From: a virus
Lineage: Duplodnaviria; Heunggongvirae; Uroviricota; Caudoviricetes
Strand: one strand, 5' to 3'
Length of the DNA: 26,120 nt
Virus record (IMG/VR): IMGVR_UViG_3300025769_000070
This document shows, piece after piece, positions 8,195-15,058 of the stretch. A program made the translations under genes and the position numbers. The notes beneath the pieces were generated by a model that saw only the letters and a program-made list of their open reading frames with translations, made no database searches and was not told the origin of the DNA. Within the stretch, counting starts at the first letter, position 1. Each line of letters begins with the position of its first letter.

Positions 8195-8970
8195 AATTTA
8201 ATATAGTATCTCAAAATCAAAGATTCATACAGTTCTGTAAATATCTAAAAGAAGATGAGCATCAAGTCGTCATCGTAAATGGAGAATTTTCCGAATGTGA
8301 CGTTATGATATATGATACGCATTTTAAACAGCAATTAGCTGGAGTAAGAGACTGTCTTCGTATTGAATTAACAGATGCTCAAAAAGGTGAAGATTTTTGT
8401 CTGTCATTTAATCAGGTTCCTAGTGCCTATCAAATACAAGATAGTTGTCTTTTACTAGGGCAAGGACAAAAATTAGAAGAACTTGTTTGCGATATTGTTG
8501 CTGTTGATCAAGATTTGAATAAAGTCAAATATATCGACAGATATATGAATATGAATTACAAGGTAAGATTCTTTGGCAATCAGTCAATAAATACATATAA
8601 CTATTGTGGAGTAATTAGAGGTAAGCAAATTTCTAATGCCTACGCTTCTGCAAAAGTTAGTATATGTTTAAATAAACAGTCTGTTTTAATGGCGTTGGAG
8701 TCAGGTGGAAATGTTATCACAGATTCTGACTATGGATTAGGATTACTTTCTGAGCAGGTTTTCTACGATGAAGAAGACTTTTACGAGAAGGTAGATGCTG
8801 TATTAAATGGGAATTATCAAGATGCAACTGAACTAAGAAATAGGCTATTAAAAGATAGAAGCCCATTTAGTATATGGGCCGACATCTTTAAGCAAATAGG
8901 GCTAGAGAAGGCATCACAAAGAATAGGCAAAAAAGGTGAGTCGGTACTCAATGCTCTATATTTCAAATAA
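8191..8970 (+). CDS. hypothetical protein, possible GT-B C-terminal-like domain
   Basis: AYASAKVSI...ALESGGNVI resembles a degenerate glycosyltransferase motif. Confidence 0.55.
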   Translation: MKFNIVSQNQRFIQFCKYLKEDEHQVVIVNGEFSECDVMIYDTHFKQQLAGVRDCLRIELTDAQKGEDFCLSFNQVPSAYQIQDSCLLLGQGQKLEELVCDIVAVDQDLNKVKYIDRYMNMNYKVRFFGNQSINTYNYCGVIRGKQISNAYASAKVSICLNKQSVLMALESGGNVITDSDYGLGLLSEQVFYDEEDFYEKVDAVLNGNYQDATELRNRLLKDRSPFSIWADIFKQIGLEKASQRIGKKGESVLNALYFK

Positions 8971-9379
8971 GGGAAATATCTCTGGAAGAGATCCTAAAAA
9001 AGAAAATACCGTAGAGTACTTACTTCAAGCAGTACAGGATGGATACTGTATTAAAACTGACTTATGGGTTATCAAAGGTAGGCTTGTTACAGGAAACGAT
9101 TTTCCCGCCAATGGTATTATACTTGATAGATTCGAAAAAGACAAATTGTTGATTCAGGCTAGGAATCTTCCTGCCCTTCTGTTTTTACTAGAAAACGGAT
9201 ATCATTGCTTCTGGAGAGAGTCAGATGATATCGTCTTAACTAATAAGAATTTTGTACTGTCTTTTAATAATTCTCTTATACCTAAATGTATAGTAATGAA
9301 TCCAGAAAAGAATATTATTTCTGACTGGAGTAATTATTTAGGTCTTTGTAGTGATTTTATTTCAGGATATGTACAATGA
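8936..9379 (+). CDS. glycerophosphodiester phosphodiesterase (GDPD/PLC-like) homolog, catalytic motifs altered
   Basis: YISNKGN...ENT..Y...A...GY..KTDLW parallels the GDPD HRG...ENT...ExD pattern; true start may be 8954 (MLYIS). Confidence 0.65.
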   Translation: MSRYSMLYISNKGNISGRDPKKENTVEYLLQAVQDGYCIKTDLWVIKGRLVTGNDFPANGIILDRFEKDKLLIQARNLPALLFLLENGYHCFWRESDDIVLTNKNFVLSFNNSLIPKCIVMNPEKNIISDWSNYLGLCSDFISGYVQ

Positions 9380-9834
9380 AAATAGGTGTTTTGTTTGATG
9401 ATTTTTTAAAGAGTGATAAAAATTATTACATAATGAAAGCTATGAATGAATATGTAGCAGTAGAAACAGACAATGTATGTGCTTTTGTTTGTAACATGAG
9501 TAATAAAATTATACCATCACTTTTTGGATATATGGGCATCAGTGATATTTCTCATTTTGAGAACGGGGTTTTAGTAGCCACAACTTTAAATACAGCGGAT
9601 GCTTTAAATAAGTCTTCTTCTAATTCGAAAAAAGTGTTCTATTTATGGAACTTTGAGTGGGTTGATAAGACTTTTAATTTTTACGGGGTTCAAAAAATCC
9701 TAAACAATAAAGACTTACATATAGTAGTAAGATCTCAATTACAAGCAGACATTTTGAAAAATAACTTTAATATTGAGGTGGATGCAATACAAGAAGATTT
9801 TAATCTGGAGAAGTTAAATGAACTTTGCAATTGA
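9376..9834 (+). CDS. hypothetical protein (possible glycosyltransferase N-domain-like)
   Basis: 152 aa, ATGA overlap; LVATT..TA and FYLWNFEW segments. Confidence 0.6.
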   Translation: MKIGVLFDDFLKSDKNYYIMKAMNEYVAVETDNVCAFVCNMSNKIIPSLFGYMGISDISHFENGVLVATTLNTADALNKSSSNSKKVFYLWNFEWVDKTFNFYGVQKILNNKDLHIVVRSQLQADILKNNFNIEVDAIQEDFNLEKLNELCN

Positions 9835-10600
9835 ACATGAACAAATTATTCGTAGTATGTATAAAAAAGGATGCAGTAGTTATGAGATTGCTGAACATCT
9901 AAATACTTATTCTACAAAAATTTTAAGGGCTTTAAAGTATCTTGACATTGAGGCTCGTGACTATGAGACGGCACAGAAAATTGCTATTAAAAAAGGACGG
10001 AGTAAAGTTCCAATAGAAAAAGGAGCGACTCTTACTGAGGCACACAAGATCGCCGTTTCTGAGGGCAGGGCTAAGGCGTGGTCTGAAGTATCGGATGAAG
10101 AACGTGCGAGACTGTCAGAGATCAGCAAGGCCCAATGGGCAGCAATGAGTGAAGAAGAGAAGCAAAATCTCCGCTCATTAGCCGCCGCTGCCGTCCGCGA
10201 AGCGGCTGTAGATGGCAGCAAAACTGAAAGATACCTCAGAAAAACCTTGACAGAAGCGGGTTGGTCTGTTAGATTTCACGAGAAAAATTTACTTCCTGGA
10301 CAAACCTTGGAAATCGATCTTTTTGTGGCTGACTTGAAGACAGCGATTGAAATTGACGGACCTTCTCACTTTTTACCAATTTGGGGGGAGCAAAAATTAC
10401 AAAAGCACCAGAAAGCTGACAATAGAAAAGCAGGTCTTTTGATGTCAGCCGGATATGTATTAATTAGAGTTAAACAGATGACGAAAACACTCTCCCAGCA
10501 CAAACTTAGATTAGTGTCTGAGAGAGTATTGGAGGAACTTCAAAAAGTTCACCAGAAATTTCCCGACCCCGCAAATAGACTTATAGAAATCGAGGTTTGA
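9818..10600 (+). CDS. Vsr/DUF559-like endonuclease with N-terminal HTH and helical repeats; putative homing endonuclease
   Basis: SKTERYL...EIDLFV...AIEIDGPSHF...KADNRK..LL..GY.LIRV; GC visibly higher than the flanking genes. Confidence 0.75.
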   Translation: MNFAIEHEQIIRSMYKKGCSSYEIAEHLNTYSTKILRALKYLDIEARDYETAQKIAIKKGRSKVPIEKGATLTEAHKIAVSEGRAKAWSEVSDEERARLSEISKAQWAAMSEEEKQNLRSLAAAAVREAAVDGSKTERYLRKTLTEAGWSVRFHEKNLLPGQTLEIDLFVADLKTAIEIDGPSHFLPIWGEQKLQKHQKADNRKAGLLMSAGYVLIRVKQMTKTLSQHKLRLVSERVLEELQKVHQKFPDPANRLIEIEV

Positions 10601-11412
10601 TTTTGGCTAAAGCAAGTATAGGATTTAGTATTGATAATACTATCGAAAAAGAGATGAAATCATCACTAGAAAGCTTTATAGCTTCTGTTGAAGATAACGA
10701 TACGTATTCTTTTGATGATCTAAGTAATAAAGATAAAAAGGCCGCATATTTGTCTACTCATTGGGACTCTTTTGTTATGTCCCAATTTGATGAATCAGAA
10801 TTGACTGATGGATATCCAAGAGTAAATGGGCTACGACGTGTAGCTGAATTACTTCTAGGTGATATTATTAAGAGTTGTCCGACTGAAGTTTATCCTGTGG
10901 CTCAACGCGATGAGACTCAGCGTTCTACCGTTGTGCATTCTATTACTTTCTTATGGTTTGATAAAACGGAGAGGACTTATGCTGAAGTAGCTGATTGTTA
11001 TTCCGGTAATCAAGATCCTGACTTTTTGGTTTATTCTCCATCTACAGCTTCGACCAGAGCAGAAGCCAGAGCACTTAGAAAAGCTTTAAAACTTAAGAAG
11101 TGTTCTTTTGAAGAAATCAGCCATGTAGAGAATAATCATAGAACATTAGAGAAAAAGAATAAAGCTGGGAGTGGTGCTTCTAGACCTGATCCTATTTCTT
11201 CTTCTCAAATAAGGTTTTTAGATAAAAGATGCAAAGATCTTGATGTGGATGTAATGAAACTAATTAATCAAGGGCAGGGGAGATTCGATGCTATAGAAAA
11301 TATGACAAAAGTTGAAGCTAAGGAATTGATTGATTTCTTAGCTAAAGTTTCTGCTGGAAAAGAAGAAATAGACAGTTTTATTAAAGGTTATAACCCAAAT
11401 TGGAGAGATTAA
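10597..11412 (+). CDS. hypothetical protein, possibly ssDNA-annealing (Rad52/Sak-like) recombination protein
   Basis: TTG start; ASTRAEARALRKAL and C-terminal ISSSQIRFL...MTKVEAKELIDFL resemble phage annealing proteins; the function call is tentative. Confidence 0.45.
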   Translation: MILAKASIGFSIDNTIEKEMKSSLESFIASVEDNDTYSFDDLSNKDKKAAYLSTHWDSFVMSQFDESELTDGYPRVNGLRRVAELLLGDIIKSCPTEVYPVAQRDETQRSTVVHSITFLWFDKTERTYAEVADCYSGNQDPDFLVYSPSTASTRAEARALRKALKLKKCSFEEISHVENNHRTLEKKNKAGSGASRPDPISSSQIRFLDKRCKDLDVDVMKLINQGQGRFDAIENMTKVEAKELIDFLAKVSAGKEEIDSFIKGYNPNWRD

Positions 11413-11413
11413 T

Positions 11414-11749
11414 ATGCACGTAGTTTTTACAGTAAACCCAAAAGATAGTCACGTTGAAACTTTTCAGGCTTTAGCGGCGGCAGATGAAATTTTTACAAAT
11501 GAAGTCTGCGGAAAATGTGGACATGAGCATACTACGTATGTAGTTCGTGAAGTAAACGGAGATAAGTATTATGAAAAGCAATGTCTAAATCAAAAATGTC
11601 GGGCTAAAAAGCCTTTCAGCCTTCATAAACAGGGGAATACAATGTATTTCCAGAAAAAGAAGAAGGATGCAGATGGAAAACTTACGGATGAGTATTGGGG
11701 TAATAATGGATGGCGTGTTTGGAACAAAGATACAGGTCAGGAAGAATAA
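11414..11749 (+). CDS. zinc-ribbon hypothetical protein
   Basis: CGKCG...CLNQKC motifs. Confidence 0.7.
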   Translation: MHVVFTVNPKDSHVETFQALAAADEIFTNEVCGKCGHEHTTYVVREVNGDKYYEKQCLNQKCRAKKPFSLHKQGNTMYFQKKKKDADGKLTDEYWGNNGWRVWNKDTGQEE

Positions 11750-11779
11750 GTAAAGTTTTAAACCCCGCAGGTTAATGTA

Positions 11780-11808
11780 TAGCAAGTTAGTCTTAAGACT
11801 AATATAAT
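11780..11808 (+). promoter_or_regulatory. possible sigma70-like promoter for the RNA cluster with a palindromic operator in the spacer
   Basis: TAGCAA (11780-85, 3/6 match to -35), 17-nt spacer containing the perfect palindrome TTAGTCTTAAGACTAA (11787-11802), then TATAAT (11803-08). Confidence 0.4.
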
Positions 11809-11911
11809 CCGTTGCCGTATTGCTAGTCATATGAGTCATATGATTCTGTATAAAAGGGGTTTTTAAAAGAAAAAGGTGTAATAAGTTTAAGATTTTGGCA
11901 ATTAGGTGGAT

Positions 11912-11985
11912 GGTCTTGTAGCATAACTGGATAATGCAGTGGTTTTCTACACCACCGATTGGGAGTTCGAATCTCTCCAGGACTA
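11912..11985 (+). tRNA. tRNA-Arg (anticodon TCT)
   Basis: acceptor GGTCTTG/CAGGACT, D stem GCAT/ATGC, anticodon arm GTGGT-TTTCTAC-ACCAC, T arm GGGAG-TTCGAAT-CTCTC; CCA not encoded. Confidence 0.93.
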
Positions 11986-12097
11986 CTAAGTTGGCAACTG
12001 GCTGTTAAATAGTTGTCGGGATCGGACGCCTTATGGTGGTGATAACCTGAGCGGTAACCCCGAAAGCGTTACGCTGGATTCGTAACCAGCACTTTAA

Positions 12098-12168
12098 AGG
12101 CGATTAGTTTAATGGTAGAACGGTGGTTTTACATACCACAAGAGAAGGTTCGATTCCTTCATTGCCTA
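12098..12168 (+). tRNA. tRNA-Val (anticodon TAC)
   Basis: acceptor AGGCGAT/ATTGCCT, anticodon arm GTGGT-TTTACAT-ACCAC, T arm GAAGG-TTCGATT-CCTTC, A73. Confidence 0.92.
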
Positions 12169-12170
12169 CT

Positions 12171-12507
12171 GGTTGCCAGACCTTAAAACTGGATAAGCAT
12201 GTAGAAGTTATTAAATTAGCAAAACAGGACGCGGGGGGCAGAACCCCGCTACCTCCACCAAAGGCACAGACGAGATAGGAGACGACGGGTAGTAGTGACT
12301 GATCACCACACTTGACGCAGGAATCCCGTACTGCTGTGTCTCTGGCGGGGGTAAAATAGAATCGACTGGTTGTATAAGTTAATAGCTGCATGTCGTAGTT
12401 GGACCAAGGCTACGTTAAAATGGTCTAAACAATAATTGCAACTCGTAATTATGCGTTGTCTGCGTAAGCAGACGGGGGTTTGCCAGCACCTTCTAACCCA
12501 AGCTGGC
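12171..12507 (+). ncRNA. ssrA: permuted (two-piece) tmRNA gene: acceptor piece ~12171-12260, intervening segment 12261-12346, coding piece 12347-~12507
   Basis: 3' end ...TACCTCCACCA (12250-60) pairs with downstream GGGGGTA (12347-53) with G3-U70; T arm GCGGGG-GGCAGAA-CCCCGC; cross-piece P2 helices; pk1; tag GCA...TAA 12438-67 = ATRNYALSA; stop-codon hairpin GTCTGC/GCAGAC. Confidence 0.93.
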
Positions 12508-12532
12508 ATTTTTCTCTAAAAAAGGAAGAATA

Positions 12533-12631
12533 ATGAAAACATTAAAGGTTTTTAATTTTGGAGATAAGGTTGAACTAGTAAAGAAAGAAGATAATGGAAA
12601 ATGCTCAATCCAATCCCAGACTACCCATTAG
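12533..12631 (+). CDS. possible 32-aa small protein
   Basis: AAGGAAG upstream of ATG; MKTLKVFNFGDKVELVKKEDNGKCSIQSQTTH. Confidence 0.35.
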   Translation: MKTLKVFNFGDKVELVKKEDNGKCSIQSQTTH

Positions 12632-12635
12632 GTCT

Positions 12636-12709
12636 TGTCGCAGTAGCATAATTGATAATGCGGCGAACTGTTAATTCGTAAGATACAGGTTTGAGTCCTG
12701 TCTTCGCAG
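12636..12709 (+). tRNA. tRNA-Asn (anticodon GTT), irregular acceptor stem
   Basis: D arm GCAT/ATGC, anticodon arm GCGAA-CTGTTAA-TTCGT, T arm ACAGG-TTTGAGT-CCTGT, G73; acceptor TGTCGCAG vs CTTCGCA needs a bulge and has a C-U mismatch. Confidence 0.75.
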
Positions 12710-12726
12710 CTTATAGGAGATAAAAC

Positions 12727-12942
12727 GTGTGGGATTACTTCTGGAACGAACATAAAACAGAGGAGAAAATGGTGGAAGTAAGTTTTAGAGAAGATTGTGT
12801 TTGGATAAGTAAACCGTACGTGGGTGGATACCATCTTTCTTACACTGAGGCCAGACATCTGCTTGAAAAACTAAAGAGCCTTGACTCTGAACGACTAAAA
12901 GCAATCGATAAAAAAATAAAAGAGCTTGAGGCAACAAAATAA
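12727..12942 (+). CDS. small hypothetical protein (alternative start 12769)
   Basis: AGGAG upstream of both GTG 12727 and ATG 12769; helical C-terminus. Confidence 0.6.
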   Translation: MWDYFWNEHKTEEKMVEVSFREDCVWISKPYVGGYHLSYTEARHLLEKLKSLDSERLKAIDKKIKELEATK

Positions 12943-12946
12943 CTGG

Positions 12947-13019
12947 GCGGGATTAGTTTTAATTGGCAAAACGTGGGGCTTCCACCCTCAAGTTAAGAGT
13001 TCAAATCTCTTATTCCGCA
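12947..13019 (+). tRNA. tRNA-Gly (anticodon TCC)
   Basis: acceptor GCGGGAT/ATTCCGC, anticodon arm TGGGG-CTTCCAC-CCTCA, T arm AAGAG-TTCAAAT-CTCTT. Confidence 0.92.
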
Positions 13020-13053
13020 CTATTAGAAGAATCAATAAATTTAGGATAAATCT

Positions 13054-13503
13054 ATGCACCCCGACGAATATCAAACAATAATGGATTATGAAGACAGAAT
13101 CGCAGAACTCGACTACAAACTCAACAAAAAGAGAGATGTGGTAGAAAGACCCTGGGGCCACTATAAAGTGCTACATAAAGGTGATGGGTATACTGTTAAA
13201 GAGCTAACTATTTTGCCCGGAAAATCACTGTCGGATCAGAGACATTTTAAGCGGGACGAGCACTGGCTAGTGATTAAAGGCACCTTAATGGTTGAATTAC
13301 AACACGAAAAACATTTTGGCGGAAAGCGTTATACAGCTTTATTAACTGACGAAAGTTTAGATCAGACTAGAGATTTATCTTATTACATCATCCCAAAAGA
13401 AACTTGGCACCGACCCCACAACGAAGGAACTGAGCCAGTAGTTGTTGTTGAAACGTGGCTTGGAAATAGCTCTGAAGATGATATAGAGAGGCGTAATGTT
13501 TGA
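13054..13503 (+). CDS. cupin, mannose-6-phosphate isomerase type II C-terminal-like
   Basis: ERPWGHYKVL...VKELTILPGKSLSDQRHFKRDEHW and EDDIER motifs. Confidence 0.85.
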   Translation: MHPDEYQTIMDYEDRIAELDYKLNKKRDVVERPWGHYKVLHKGDGYTVKELTILPGKSLSDQRHFKRDEHWLVIKGTLMVELQHEKHFGGKRYTALLTDESLDQTRDLSYYIIPKETWHRPHNEGTEPVVVVETWLGNSSEDDIERRNV

Positions 13504-13729
13504 ATTTGATAGACTTATGGAAGGACAGGGACATCTAACAGACAAGGTAAAATGTCCTCAGTGTCAGCATGAATATTTTTCAGTAATTATCCGCACTGAT
13601 ATGTCGGGCTTTTTTGCTGCATGTAAAAACTGTTCATATACTACCGCTGGAATTGGTGGGTTACAAGGTATGTTAGAAGACAGACTAAGAGCGGTAATAA
13701 AAGTGGATATGGGGAGACGAAACGTCTAA
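13496..13729 (+). CDS. small zinc-ribbon hypothetical protein
   Basis: CPQC...CKNC. Confidence 0.6.
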   Translation: MFEFDRLMEGQGHLTDKVKCPQCQHEYFSVIIRTDMSGFFAACKNCSYTTAGIGGLQGMLEDRLRAVIKVDMGRRNV

Positions 13730-13760
13730 TTTTAGAAACTTTTAAACAGAAAGCATAAAT

Positions 13761-14963
13761 ATGTTACGTAGAACATTTCTTAAATCAGTAGCTCTTGGTG
13801 CAGGAGCGACATATTGCACCCCATCAATGGCGGCAAAACCAGATAATGAAAAGTCCGTTATCTCTATCCATCTTCAGGGCGGAATTTCTGCCGTTGATTT
13901 CATTAATCCTATTCCAGATGCACCACCCGAATTCAGATCTTCTAGAGGGTCTGTTGACGCCGGTGGTTTTTTATTGGGTGGTGACTTTAGACAGATGGCA
14001 ACGCTGGGCGATAATATGACTATTGTCCGATCAATGAAATTTAAGGATGCTAATCATCAAACCGCAACAATGGCTCACATGACCTCTCATTTTCACGTTC
14101 CTAACGCTGGACAACGTGAACCCAGCTTCGGTTCTCTTATAGCTAGAGAGTATCTGCCAAACAGCCCAAAGTCAGGCATTCCACATTATGTAAAGCTAAG
14201 AAACATTGATGGCGATGATGCCGCATGGCTAGGTATCCGATATAACGGATATGACGCCGATGACGAGGGCGTTAAAAATATGAGTCTTCATAACGGAGTA
14301 GACTCGAAACGATTTGATACTCGCCTAAAAATGATGTCAATCATAGATGACACAGCTAATCTCCCCGGACTGGGCACTGACTGGACAGATTTAAAAAATA
14401 TGGCTGTCAACATTATTAGGGGAGATGCAGCCGAAGCTTTCGACCTAAGTCAAGAGCCTAACTCAATTTACGGCGATTCTCGATTTGGTAAAGATCTTCT
14501 TCTTGCTAGACGATTGGTTGAGCGTGGCACTAAGTATGTTAGCTTGAATAGTAATGCGGGCTGGGATAATCACAGCAATATAGATGCCGCATTTGCTCAA
14601 AACGCTCCCGGATTAGATAATGGTATCTCCACACTTATCACGGATCTTAAACAAAGAGGATTGTTAGACAATACATTGGTAATTCTCTGGAGCGAATTTT
14701 CTCGGACAAAAATCAATATGAATGGCGGAAGAGACCATAATCCAAACACTAACACTCTTGTGTTATTTGGGAAGCATGGTAAAGGTGTGATTGGACAGAC
14801 TGATGATCATGGGTTGGTCAGTATGGGGGACACCTATTCACCATCGGACCTGGCATGGACTATTGGTGACCATATGGGGCTTGACAAACGCTTGACAATC
14901 AAGGATAATAGCGATAGACCACGTCACGTTTTTAAAGATGACGCTAGAAACATACTTTCTTAA
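13761..14963 (+). CDS. DUF1501-family protein with twin-arginine (Tat) signal
   Basis: MLRRTFLK; SVISIHLQGGISAVD; FGKDLLLARRLVERG; GWDNH; LITDLKQRGLLDNTLVILWSEFSRT; GRDH. Confidence 0.9.
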   Translation: MLRRTFLKSVALGAGATYCTPSMAAKPDNEKSVISIHLQGGISAVDFINPIPDAPPEFRSSRGSVDAGGFLLGGDFRQMATLGDNMTIVRSMKFKDANHQTATMAHMTSHFHVPNAGQREPSFGSLIAREYLPNSPKSGIPHYVKLRNIDGDDAAWLGIRYNGYDADDEGVKNMSLHNGVDSKRFDTRLKMMSIIDDTANLPGLGTDWTDLKNMAVNIIRGDAAEAFDLSQEPNSIYGDSRFGKDLLLARRLVERGTKYVSLNSNAGWDNHSNIDAAFAQNAPGLDNGISTLITDLKQRGLLDNTLVILWSEFSRTKINMNGGRDHNPNTNTLVLFGKHGKGVIGQTDDHGLVSMGDTYSPSDLAWTIGDHMGLDKRLTIKDNSDRPRHVFKDDARNILS

Positions 14964-15058
14964 AGTGATCTGAGCTATTCCGTATGGACACCTAGTGCTA
15001 TAAAAACATACAGGCAATGTGTAGCTGAAGGGCTAAAAAATGTTGGAGGTGAGGGTAT

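Noticed and set aside
12046-12066. Hammerhead ribozyme (CTGA...CGAAA)
   Set aside because: The core reads CUGAGCG, not CUGANGA, and flanking stems I and III are not evident.
12104-12509. Minus-strand ORFs 12104-12391 and 12303-12509
   Set aside because: Antisense to tRNA-Val and the tmRNA, whose structure explains the sequence.
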